DNA from: a virus
Lineage: Duplodnaviria > Heunggongvirae > Uroviricota > Caudoviricetes
DNA: 14,007 nucleotides
Strand: one strand, 5' to 3'
Virus record (IMG/VR): IMGVR_UViG_3300028453_000018
Coordinates: 1-14,007 of that record
The notes under the pieces were generated by a model, which did no database searches, had not been told where the DNA came from, and saw only the letters and a list, made by a program, of their open reading frames with translations. Positions within the stretch are counted from its first letter, which is position 1. Each line of letters opens with the position of its first letter. Both the position numbers and the translations under genes were made by a program. Of the stretch, positions 1 through 7,692 are shown piece after piece.

Positions 1-357
1 AATGATACGGCGACGCAGCCGCGTTTAAAGCAGGTTGCGCTGTCGGCAATTTCGGAGGTCAACGCAGAGCTGTATGAGTTTCGCAGACGCCAGCAGATGC
101 TGGGATATGCCTCGCTGGCTGAGGTTCCGGCGGAGCAGCTGGACGGCAAAAGTGAGCGCATTCAGCACTATTTCAACGCGGTTTACTGCTGGGCACGCGC
201 CATGCTCAACGAACGATACCAGGACTATGACGCCACGGCATCCGGTGTGAAGCGGGGCGAAGAACTGGCAGAAGCCAGCGGTGATTTGTGGCGTGACGCC
301 CGCTGGGCCATCAGCCGGGTGCAGGATGCGCCGCACTGCACAGTGGAGCTTATCTGA
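1..357 (+). CDS. L: Capsid completion/head stabilisation protein (P2 gpL-like), 3' portion only; the 5' end lies upstream of the window
   Basis: Frame 1 is open from nt 1 to the TGA at 355-357 (the ORF track lists only the part from the first ATG at 97). The stop overlaps the ATG of the next gene (TGATG), and the position immediately upstream of gene X matches P2 synteny. Product assignment is by position and recollection of gpL-like sequence, not by search. Confidence 0.6.
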   Translation, partial: NDTATQPRLKQVALSAISEVNAELYEFRRRQQMLGYASLAEVPAEQLDGKSERIQHYFNAVYCWARAMLNERYQDYDATASGVKRGEELAEASGDLWRDARWAISRVQDAPHCTVELI

Positions 358-560
358 TGAAAGTGCGTGCGCATCAGTATGACACGGTGGACGCGCTTTG
401 CTGGCGTCATTACGGGCGCACGCAGGGTGTCACGGAGCAGGTACTGAAGGCAAATCCGGGGCTTGCCGAATACGGCCCCTTTTTACCTCACGGGCTGCAG
501 GTGGAGCTGCCGGACATTCCGACCACCACCATCGTGCAGACCGTCCAGCTATGGGACTGA
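357..560 (+). CDS. X: Tail protein X (P2 gpX-like, 67 aa)
   Basis: 67-aa ORF, the same length as P2 gpX, coupled to the upstream stop and located between L and the lysis cassette as in P2. Confidence 0.8.
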   Translation: MKVRAHQYDTVDALCWRHYGRTQGVTEQVLKANPGLAEYGPFLPHGLQVELPDIPTTTIVQTVQLWD

Positions 561-563
561 ATT

Positions 564-779
564 ATGACGCTTGAGCGAATCAGCGCCTTTATCACGTATT
601 GCATCGCCGTCGTGCTGGCCTGGCTGGGCGATTTGTCCATCAAGGATGCCTCAACGCTGGGCGGCCTGATGATTGGTGTGCTGATGCTGGCTATCAACTG
701 GTACTACAAACACAAAGCCTACCAGCTTCTGCGCGACGGGCAGATCTCGCGGGAGGACTATGAATCCATCAATCGTTAA
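564..779 (+). CDS. Holin, small two-TMD type (71 aa)
   Basis: 71-aa protein with two hydrophobic helices (ISAFITYCIAVVLAWLG and LGGLMIGVLMLAINWYY) and a charged C-terminus, immediately upstream of and overlapping the endolysin gene. Confidence 0.7.
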   Translation: MTLERISAFITYCIAVVLAWLGDLSIKDASTLGGLMIGVLMLAINWYYKHKAYQLLRDGQISREDYESINR

Positions 780-1272
780 ACGCTGCCTTGTCGGGGCCGT
801 GCTGGCTATTGCTGCCACGCTGCCGGGTTTTCAGCAGCTTCACACCTCCGTGGAGGGGCTGAAACTGATTGCCGATTACGAAGGTTGTCGTCTGCAGCCG
901 TATCAGTGCAGCGCGGGTGTCTGGACCGACGGCATTGGTAATACGTCAGGCGTCATTCCCGGCAAAACCATTACGGAGCGACAGGCAGCAGAAGGGCTGA
1001 TCTCCAACGTGCTGCGTGTGGAGCGGGCGCTGGAAAGGTGTGTGAAGCAACAGCCGCCGCAGAAGGTGTATGACGCTGCGGTGTCGTTTGCCTTCAACGT
1101 GGGAACGGGCAATGCCTGCAGTTCCACGCTGGTGAAATTACTCAATCAGCGGCGCTGGGCAGATGCGTGCCGACAGTTGCCGCGCTGGGTTTATGTGAAA
1201 GGTGTTTTTAATCAGGGGCTGGATAACCGCCGTGCGCGGGAGATGGCCTGGTGCTTACAGGGAGCAAACTGA
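760..1272 (+). CDS. Endolysin, phage lysozyme (T4 E-like fold) with an N-terminal SAR (signal-anchor-release) domain
   Basis: The N-terminus MNPSIVKRCLVGAVLAIAATLPGF is a Gly/Ala-rich weakly hydrophobic segment after KR. It is followed by EGxRLxPYQCxxGVWTxGxGxT, which matches the T4-lysozyme catalytic region E...D/C...T. A good SD (GGGAGG) precedes the ATG at 760. Confidence 0.9.
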   Translation: MNPSIVKRCLVGAVLAIAATLPGFQQLHTSVEGLKLIADYEGCRLQPYQCSAGVWTDGIGNTSGVIPGKTITERQAAEGLISNVLRVERALERCVKQQPPQKVYDAAVSFAFNVGTGNACSSTLVKLLNQRRWADACRQLPRWVYVKGVFNQGLDNRRAREMAWCLQGAN

Positions 1273-1273
1273 A

Positions 1274-1651
1274 ATGAAAAAGAAATTAATCAGCGGACTG
1301 TTTCTGATGTTATGGATGGCGTTGTTAATCGCAGCAATGGTGTATCCGCAGGGGATTTTTCCGGTACTGGCAGCGTCCGGCGTTTGGGTAGCCTGTTTGC
1401 TGACATGGGCGGTAATTCCGGTAGCACTGGCTGCGTTAATTAAGAATGGCCCGCTCTGGCAGGAGTTAAGGGCATCTTTGCTGAAGACAATTACCCGAAA
1501 AGAAAACGTATTTACCAGTTGGGTGATGCGATTGCTGATTGTTGTAAGTCTCGCCTGGACGGGGTGGGCTATTACCCTGGTCTTTTATCTACTGACCGTT
1601 ATTGCCTTCTGGATCACCCGTAATCAGATGGCGCAACAGGTGGCAGCATGA
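1274..1651 (+). CDS. LysA-like small integral membrane protein (putative lysis timing / antiholin-like)
   Basis: Taken from the ATG at 1274 just after the endolysin stop; the ORF track's 1202 start overlaps the endolysin. About 125 aa with several predicted TM helices (LFLMLWMALLIAAMV, VLAASGVWVACLLTWAVIPVALAAL, LLIVVSLAWTGWAITLVFYLLTVIAFWI). The position equals lysA of P2. Confidence 0.65.
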   Translation: MKKKLISGLFLMLWMALLIAAMVYPQGIFPVLAASGVWVACLLTWAVIPVALAALIKNGPLWQELRASLLKTITRKENVFTSWVMRLLIVVSLAWTGWAITLVFYLLTVIAFWITRNQMAQQVAA

Positions 1652-2076
1652 ACCGGTTGCTGCTGGTTGTGCTGGCGTTATTACTGGCGGCGCTGGGCTG
1701 GCAGACGTGGCGGCTGGCTGATGCCAGCCAGACCATCAGCACGCAGGCAGACGAGCTTCGGAGCAAAAGCCAGGCACTGGCAAAGAGCAACAGCCAGCTT
1801 ATCAGCCTGTCCATTCTGACTGAAACCAATAACCGGGAGCAGGCGCGGCTCTATGCCGAAGCAGAACAGACCAGCGCACAGCTGAGACAACGACAACGCC
1901 GGATCGAGGAACTGAAACGTGAGAACGAGGATTTACGCCGCTGGGCTGATACTCCTTTGCCTGCTGACATTATCCGGCTGCGGGAACGTCCGGCACTCAC
2001 CGGAGGTGCAGCTTACCGTCAGTGGTTGTCCGCGAGTGACGCCGTGTCGGCTGGATCAGACAGCGCCGCGCACTAA
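1648..2076 (+). CDS. lysB: i-spanin (Rz-like; P2 LysB-like)
   Basis: N-terminal TM anchor (LLLVVLALLLAALGW) followed by a charged, Q/R/E-rich coiled-coil-like periplasmic domain. The start overlaps the upstream stop (ATGA), and an o-spanin ORF is embedded in the +1 frame. Confidence 0.8.
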   Translation: MNRLLLVVLALLLAALGWQTWRLADASQTISTQADELRSKSQALAKSNSQLISLSILTETNNREQARLYAEAEQTSAQLRQRQRRIEELKRENEDLRRWADTPLPADIIRLRERPALTGGAAYRQWLSASDAVSAGSDSAAH

Positions 2077-2209
2077 CGGTGATCTGAACGCATTGCTGGA
2101 TGAAACGGAGGCCGCCTGGGCGGTCTGTGCAGACAAAGTGGACATGATTATTGCGTGTCAGGAGCGAAACAGTGAACAAACCACAATCCCTGCGCCACGC
2201 CCTCAATAA
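1919..2209 (+). CDS. lysC: o-spanin lipoprotein (Rz1-like; P2 LysC-like)
   Basis: GTG start in the +1 frame inside the 3' end of lysB. Lipoprotein signal peptide with lipobox LTLSG|C, and a Pro/Cys-containing mature region. At 96 aa it equals P2 LysC and extends past the lysB stop. Confidence 0.75.
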   Translation: MRTRIYAAGLILLCLLTLSGCGNVRHSPEVQLTVSGCPRVTPCRLDQTAPRTNGDLNALLDETEAAWAVCADKVDMIIACQERNSEQTTIPAPRPQ

Positions 2210-2603
2210 AGCGGTGCCTTATGTCCGCAATAACCCGGACAAACTGCATCTGTTTGTGGATAACGGTTCGCTGGTTGCCACGGGGGCCAGCTCCATGTCA
2301 TGGGAGTACCGTTACACCCTGAACGCAGTGATTGAGGATTTCAGCGGCGACCAGAATCTGCTGATGGCCCCGGTTATGCTGTGGTTGCGGGATAACCAGC
2401 CCGATGCCATCAATAACCCGGAGTTACGGGAAAAGTTATTCACCTTTGAGGTGGATATTCTGCGCAACGATGTCTGTGATATCAGCCTTAACCTGCAACT
2501 GACAGAGCGTGTGCTGGTCAGCACTGACGGCAGTGTGTCGAACGTTGAAGCGGTAGCGGAACCTGATGAACCTGAAGAAATGTGGACGGTGAAACGTGGC
2601 TGA
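2151..2603 (+). CDS. R: Tail completion protein R (P2 gpR-like)
   Basis: About 150 aa with a gpR-like motif (LHLFVDNGS...), positioned between the lysis genes and S. The start is uncertain: ATG at 2151, or GTG at 2172 preceded by CAGGAGCG; either way it overlaps the end of lysC. Confidence 0.8.
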   Translation: MRVRSETVNKPQSLRHALNKAVPYVRNNPDKLHLFVDNGSLVATGASSMSWEYRYTLNAVIEDFSGDQNLLMAPVMLWLRDNQPDAINNPELREKLFTFEVDILRNDVCDISLNLQLTERVLVSTDGSVSNVEAVAEPDEPEEMWTVKRG

Positions 2604-3042
2604 ATTGCAGAAGGTGGACGACTGGTTGAGTGCCTTGCTGGCGAATCTGGAACCAGCCGCCAGAAGCCGCATGATGCGCCAGCTGGCGCAGGAACTGCGC
2701 CGGACACAGCAGCAGAATATCAGGATGCAGCGCAATCCTGATGGCAGCAGTTATGAACCGCGCAGGGTAACAGCACGCAGCAAGAAGGGGCGCATCAAAC
2801 GTCAGATGTTTGCAAAGCTGCGCACCACAAAATACCTGAAAACTGCCGCCAGCGCCGACTCTGCCAGCGTACAGTTTGAAGGCAAGGTGCAGCGTATTGC
2901 CCGTGTTCACCATTACGGCCTGCGTGATCGCGTCAGTCGCAAAGGACCGGAGGTCCGTTACGCAGAGCGCCGCCTGCTGGGTGTAAATGATGATGTTGAG
3001 GCAATGACCCGCGACATGATTCTGCAATGGCTGGCGGGGTGA
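2596..3042 (+). CDS. S: Tail completion / virion morphogenesis protein S (P2 gpS-like)
   Basis: 148 aa; GTG start at 2596 overlapping the R stop (GTGGCTGA); position and size match P2 gpS. Confidence 0.85.
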   Translation: MAELQKVDDWLSALLANLEPAARSRMMRQLAQELRRTQQQNIRMQRNPDGSSYEPRRVTARSKKGRIKRQMFAKLRTTKYLKTAASADSASVQFEGKVQRIARVHHYGLRDRVSRKGPEVRYAERRLLGVNDDVEAMTRDMILQWLAG

Positions 3043-3046
3043 TCTT

Positions 3047-3064
3047 TGTATCAGCACTGATACA
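3047..3064 (+). promoter_or_regulatory. Candidate Ogr/Delta-type late-promoter activator site (TGT-N12-ACA) upstream of V
   Basis: TGTATCAGCACTGATACA: TGT at 3047-3049, a 12-nt spacer, ACA at 3062-3064, and the whole 18-mer is a near-perfect palindrome. It lies in the 68-bp S-V spacer, where P2 has promoter PV. Confidence 0.55.
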
Positions 3065-3110
3065 AGTTGCAGCACTGCCGCCTTTCTTCCCCTGATGGCA
3101 ACCTTTCCCT

Positions 3111-3689
3111 ATGAACGCACAATTAACCGAAATCATGCGCCTTATCACCAACCTGATCCGCACTGGGGTAGTCACCGAAGTGGACCGGGAAAACTGGCTT
3201 TGTCGGGTGAAAACGGGCGACCTTGAAACCAACTGGATTAACTGGCTGACGCTGCGCGCGGGTAATGCCCGCACATGGTGGAAACCATCGGAAGGTGAGC
3301 AGGTGGTGCTGCTGAGTCTGGGCGGCAATCTGGAGACCGCCTTTGCGCTGCCCGCTGTCTATTCGAATCAGTTCGCACCACCGTCGACGTCGGCGGACGC
3401 CTGCGTGACAGAACATCCTGACGGTGGCTGGTTTGAATACGAACCCGCCACCGGGCGCTGGTATGTCAGGGGCATCAAATCAATGGTCATTGAGGCTGCT
3501 GACAACATCACCCTGAAAACCAGTGAGTTTGTACTGGAGGCTGACCGCACGCGCATTAACAGCGAAGTGGTGATCAATGGTGGCGTTACCCAGGGCGGCG
3601 GAGCGATGAGTTCTAACGGGATCGTGGTTGATGCGCATCAGCATACTGGCGTCCTGAAAGGCGGCGATACAACCGGAGGCCCGGTATGA
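3111..3689 (+). CDS. V: Baseplate spike / assembly protein V (P2 gpV-like)
   Basis: 192 aa, with an N-terminus resembling gpV and a Gly-rich C-terminus (GGDTTGGPV). An in-frame stop lies 18 nt upstream of the ATG, so the start is well defined. Confidence 0.9.
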   Translation: MNAQLTEIMRLITNLIRTGVVTEVDRENWLCRVKTGDLETNWINWLTLRAGNARTWWKPSEGEQVVLLSLGGNLETAFALPAVYSNQFAPPSTSADACVTEHPDGGWFEYEPATGRWYVRGIKSMVIEAADNITLKTSEFVLEADRTRINSEVVINGGVTQGGGAMSSNGIVVDAHQHTGVLKGGDTTGGPV

Positions 3690-4045
3690 CGCTTTATAGT
3701 GGGATGAACAATACCAGCGGCAAAGCCATTACTGATATTGACCATCTGCGCCAGTCGGTGCGGGACATTCTGCTGACGCCGCAGGGTAGCCGCATTGCTC
3801 GCCGTGAATATGGTTCCCTGCTGTCGGCACTGATAGACCAGCCACAAAATCCGGCGTTACGCCTGCAGGTCATGTCGGCAGTGTATGTGGCGCTGAGTCG
3901 CTGGGAGCCACGGCTGACGCTGGATTCCATCACCATTAACAGCAATTTTGACGGTTCAATGGTGGTGGGACTGACTGGGCGGCGTAATAACGGTGTGCCT
4001 GTTTCCCTTTCCGTATCAACAGGAGCAGAGAATGGCAGTGATTGA
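3686..4045 (+). CDS. W: Baseplate wedge protein W (P2 gpW / T4 gp25-like)
   Basis: 119 aa; ATGA overlap with the V stop; GPW/gp25-like sequence and size. Confidence 0.9.
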   Translation: MTLYSGMNNTSGKAITDIDHLRQSVRDILLTPQGSRIARREYGSLLSALIDQPQNPALRLQVMSAVYVALSRWEPRLTLDSITINSNFDGSMVVGLTGRRNNGVPVSLSVSTGAENGSD

Positions 4046-4940
4046 CCTTTCGCAGTTGCCTGCGCCGCAGATTGTCGATGTGCCGGACTTTGAGACGTTG
4101 CTTGCCGAACGCAAGGCCGAATTTGTTGCGCTTCATCCGAAAGATGAGCAGGAAGCAGTGATCCGCACGCTGGAACTGGAATCTGAACCCGTCACCAAAT
4201 TGCTTCAGGAGAACGCTTATCGTGAGTTGCTTCTGCGCCAGCGCATTAACGAAGCCGCGCAGGCGGTGATGGTGGCTTACGCGATGGGCGGCGATCTTGA
4301 CCAGCTCGCTGCTAACTACAACGTGAAACGCCTGACGGTGACACCTGCTGATGATGACGCTGTACCGCCCGTTGCGGCTGTGATGGAAAGTGATGAAGCG
4401 TTACGCCTGCGTGTGCCTGCAGCCTTTGAAGGGCTTTCTGTTGCGGGGCCAACTGCCGCTTATGAGTTTCATGCACGAAGCGCCGACGGTCGGGTGGCGG
4501 ATGCCAGTGCAACCAGTCCGGCACCTGCAGAGGTGGTGCTGACTGTCCTGAGCCGCGAAGGCGATGGAACAGCAGAAAAAGACCTGCTGGACGTGGTGGA
4601 AAAGGCTCTGAACAGTGAGAACGTCCGCCCGGTGGCTGACCGTCTGACGGTTCGCAGCGCAGAAATCATCCCGTACCGCGTGGAAGCTACCATTTTTCTC
4701 TATCCGGGACCGGAAGCAGAGCCGGTAATGGCAGCGGCAAAAGCCAGCCTGCAGAAGTACATCGCCAGTCAGACGCGGCTTGGTCGGGATATTCGCCGTA
4801 GCGCCATCTTTGCCGCCCTGCATGTTGAGGGGGTGCAGCGTGTGGAACTGGCTTCGCCGCTGGCGGATGTGGTCCTGAACAAAACGCAGGCGGCATCATG
4901 TACGCAGTGGAGCGTAACCAACGGAGGAACGGATGAATAG
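4032..4940 (+). CDS. J: Baseplate protein J (P2 gpJ-like)
   Basis: The ORF is open from 3993, but the ATG at 4032 is preceded by AGGAGCAGAG and gives MAVIDLSQLPAP..., matching the conserved gpJ N-terminus as I recall it; about 302 aa. Confidence 0.9.
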   Translation: MAVIDLSQLPAPQIVDVPDFETLLAERKAEFVALHPKDEQEAVIRTLELESEPVTKLLQENAYRELLLRQRINEAAQAVMVAYAMGGDLDQLAANYNVKRLTVTPADDDAVPPVAAVMESDEALRLRVPAAFEGLSVAGPTAAYEFHARSADGRVADASATSPAPAEVVLTVLSREGDGTAEKDLLDVVEKALNSENVRPVADRLTVRSAEIIPYRVEATIFLYPGPEAEPVMAAAKASLQKYIASQTRLGRDIRRSAIFAALHVEGVQRVELASPLADVVLNKTQAASCTQWSVTNGGTDE

Positions 4941-5538
4941 TCTGCTGCCACCGGGTTCAACACCACTGGAGCGCCGATTGGCGCATACGTGCAGCGGGAT
5001 TTCTGATCTGAAGGTGCCGCTGCGTGACTTGTGGAATCCGGCTACCTGTCCGGTCAGCTTCCTGCCTTATCTCGCCTGGGCGTTCTCTGTGGATCGCTGG
5101 GACGAGGGCTGGACAGAAAGCGTCAAACGCCAGGTGGTGAAGGATGCTTTTTATATTCATCAGCATAAAGGGACCACCAGTGCCGTGCGGCGGGTGGTGG
5201 AGCCGTTCGGCTTTCTGATCCGCATTATTGAGTGGTGGCAGACCGGAGAAACACCAGGCACGTTTCGCCTGGATATCGGCGTGCAGGACCAGGGCATCAC
5301 TGAAGATACCTATCTGGAACTTGAGCGGCTGATAAGCGATGCCAAACCATGTAGCCGTCACATGATCGGCATGTCCATCAATCTGCAAACCAGTGGCCCG
5401 CACTGGGTAGGGGCCGCCAGCTATCTTGGCGAAGAAATCACGATCTATCCGTATATCAACGAAACAATTATTTCCGGTGGCACCGCGCATGAAGGCGGGG
5501 CGGTCCATGTTATTGACACAATGAGAGTGAATCCATGA
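4933..5538 (+). CDS. I: Baseplate / tail protein I (P2 gpI-like)
   Basis: 201 aa; overlaps the J stop; position between J and H. Confidence 0.85.
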   Translation: MNSLLPPGSTPLERRLAHTCSGISDLKVPLRDLWNPATCPVSFLPYLAWAFSVDRWDEGWTESVKRQVVKDAFYIHQHKGTTSAVRRVVEPFGFLIRIIEWWQTGETPGTFRLDIGVQDQGITEDTYLELERLISDAKPCSRHMIGMSINLQTSGPHWVGAASYLGEEITIYPYINETIISGGTAHEGGAVHVIDTMRVNP

Positions 5539-7058
5539 GCACAAAATTTTATACCCTGCTGACGGATATTGGTGCGGCGAAACTTGCCAGCGCCGCCGCG
5601 CTCGGTGTGCCGCTAAAAATTACCCATATGGCGGTGGGCGATGGCGGCGGAGTATTGCCAACGCCGGACGCAAAGCAGACGGCACTGGTAAATGAGAAAC
5701 GCCGGGCTGCGCTGAATATGCTTTATATCGACCCGCAGAACAGCAGCCAGATTATTGCTGAACAGGTGATCCCTGAAAACGAGGGCGGTTGGTGGATACG
5801 TGAAGTGGGCCTGTTTGATGAGTCCGGGGCATTGATTGCCGTGGGCAACTGCCCGGAAAGCTATAAGCCGCAACTGGCTGAAGGCAGCGGGCGCACCCAG
5901 ACCGTGCGCATGGTGCTGATTACCAGCAGTACGGACAATATCACCCTGAAAATCGATCCTGCTGTAGTGCTGGCAACCCGCAAGTATGTGGATGACAAGG
6001 CACTGGAGCTGAAGGTGTACGTGGATGACCTGATGGCAAAACATCTTGCCGCACTGGACCCGCATTCACAGTATGCACCCAAAGAAAGTCCAACGTTTAC
6101 CGGAACCCCCAAAGCGCCAACGCCAGCGGCGGGGAATAATACCACGCAGCTTGCGACCACCGCGTTTGTTCAGGCGGCACTCACGGCCCTTATTAATGGT
6201 GCGCCAGCCACGCTGGACACGCTGAAAGAAATAGCCGCAGCCATTAACAATGATCCGAATTTCAGTACCACCATTAACAATGCGCTGGCACAAAAAGCGC
6301 CGCTGTCGAGTCCGGCACTCACCGGAACGCCAACAGCACCTACTGCGGCACAGTCGGTCAACAATACACAGATTGCCACTACAGCTTTTGTGAAATCAGC
6401 GATTGCAGCAATGGTGGGTTCTGCACCCGCGGCACTGGATACACTGAACGAACTGGCGGCGGCACTGGGGAATGATCCGAACTTTGCCACGACAATGCTT
6501 AATGCGCTGGCAGGTAAACAACCGCTGGACAATACGCTTACCAATTTGAGTGGAAAGGATGTAGCTGGTCTTCTCGCATACCTTGGTTTGGGAGAAGGTG
6601 CTCCAGCTATTGGCGTTCCGTTCTTCTGGCCGTCCGCTGCAATGCCAAATACTGTAATCGACAGCTGGTCCAGTATGGTGTTTTTGAAGTTCAACGGGGC
6701 GAAATTTTCTGCCACTGATTACCCTGTGCTGGCGAAAGTGTTTCCTGCGCTGGTATTACCTGAAGCCCGCGGTGATTTCATTCGTATCTGGGATGACGGG
6801 CGAGGTGTAGACGGTGGTCGCACGTTGTTAAGCGCACAGGACTTTGCTCAGCAGCGTATAACAGGGGATTTCATGGGGGGAGCTATGGGTAGCTCTGGCT
6901 CAATAAAAGCGGGTGCACTTGTTAATTCTTACACCAATTACGGTGCTGGATCTCAGGATTTGCAGTATTTCTCTATTGATAGTGCCATTGAAACGAAAAC
7001 TGCAAGTGAAACACGTCCTCGTAATATCGCGTTTAACTTTCTGGTGAGGGCTAAATAA
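5535..7058 (+). CDS. H: Tail fiber protein H (P2 gpH-like), with a conserved N-terminal baseplate-attachment region, internal tandem repeats and a C-terminal tail-collar-type domain
   Basis: 507 aa. The N-terminus (MSTKFYTLLTDIGAAKLA...MAVGDGGG...) matches the conserved gpH N-terminus as I recall it. Two roughly 70-aa repeat units occur (TGTPxAPTxA...NNTQxATTAFV...LDTLxExAAAxxNDPNF...). The C-terminus carries a collar-like motif (DYPVLAKVF...LPEARGDFIRIWDDGRGVDGGR). Confidence 0.9.
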   Translation: MSTKFYTLLTDIGAAKLASAAALGVPLKITHMAVGDGGGVLPTPDAKQTALVNEKRRAALNMLYIDPQNSSQIIAEQVIPENEGGWWIREVGLFDESGALIAVGNCPESYKPQLAEGSGRTQTVRMVLITSSTDNITLKIDPAVVLATRKYVDDKALELKVYVDDLMAKHLAALDPHSQYAPKESPTFTGTPKAPTPAAGNNTTQLATTAFVQAALTALINGAPATLDTLKEIAAAINNDPNFSTTINNALAQKAPLSSPALTGTPTAPTAAQSVNNTQIATTAFVKSAIAAMVGSAPAALDTLNELAAALGNDPNFATTMLNALAGKQPLDNTLTNLSGKDVAGLLAYLGLGEGAPAIGVPFFWPSAAMPNTVIDSWSSMVFLKFNGAKFSATDYPVLAKVFPALVLPEARGDFIRIWDDGRGVDGGRTLLSAQDFAQQRITGDFMGGAMGSSGSIKAGALVNSYTNYGAGSQDLQYFSIDSAIETKTASETRPRNIAFNFLVRAK

Positions 7059-7651
7059 TGAAACCTGTTTTTGATGAAAATGGGCTGGCTACAGTGCCGG
7101 GCGATATGCGTTGTTTTTATTATGATGCTGAAACATCTGAGTATACGGGTTGGTCTGATGAATATATTAATACTGGCGTAAGTATGCCCGCCTGTTCCAC
7201 TGGTATTGACCCTGGCGAAAACATTCCGGGAAAAGTGGCTGTATTTACAGGTAAGGGATGGAGCCATGAAGAGGACCATCGCAATGAGACTGTTTACTCA
7301 ATCGAAAATGGCGCAACTGTTACAGTGGATTATATCGGTGCCATCAAAAACGGTTATGTCACGCTTTCACCGTTAACGCCATACGATAAATGGGATGGTG
7401 AGAAATGGGTGACGGATACTGAAATACAACATCGCGCCGCAGTAGAAGCGGCAGAAACACAGCGTCGGTCACTGATTGATACTGCAATGGCTTCCGTTAG
7501 TTTGGTTCAACTGAAATTACGGGTCGGAAGAAAATTAACTGATGCAGAAACAGTAAAACTTAATGCTGTTCTTGACTACATTGACGCAGTGACGGCAACA
7601 GATTTCAGCACAGCCCCTGATATTAACTGGCCCAAACTACCAGAATTTTAA
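7058..7651 (+). CDS. G: Tail fiber assembly chaperone G (P2 gpG / Tfa-like)
   Basis: 197 aa; start overlaps the H stop (TAATG); position directly after H; lower GC than the surrounding genes, as is typical of the host-range module. Confidence 0.8.
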   Translation: MKPVFDENGLATVPGDMRCFYYDAETSEYTGWSDEYINTGVSMPACSTGIDPGENIPGKVAVFTGKGWSHEEDHRNETVYSIENGATVTVDYIGAIKNGYVTLSPLTPYDKWDGEKWVTDTEIQHRAAVEAAETQRRSLIDTAMASVSLVQLKLRVGRKLTDAETVKLNAVLDYIDAVTATDFSTAPDINWPKLPEF

Positions 7652-7658
7652 ATTCCTG

Positions 7659-7681
7659 CCCCGCGCCTGCGGGGATTTTTT
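7659..7681 (+). terminator. Rho-independent terminator after G
   Basis: GC stem CCCCGC (7659-7664) / GCGGGG (7669-7674) with a 4-nt loop, followed by TTTTTT (7676-7681), 8 nt after the G stop codon. Confidence 0.65.
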
Positions 7682-7692
7682 CACCCCGTCGT

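Noticed and set aside
2518-3075. 185-aa minus-strand ORF overlapping gene S and the S-V spacer
   Set aside because: Antisense to gpS; it would run through the palindromic late-promoter operator, and nothing on the minus strand in this window shows gene-like organisation.
6170-6715. 181-aa minus-strand ORF opposite the tail fiber repeat region
   Set aside because: An Ala/Ser/Gly-rich mirror of the fiber repeats; no start context.
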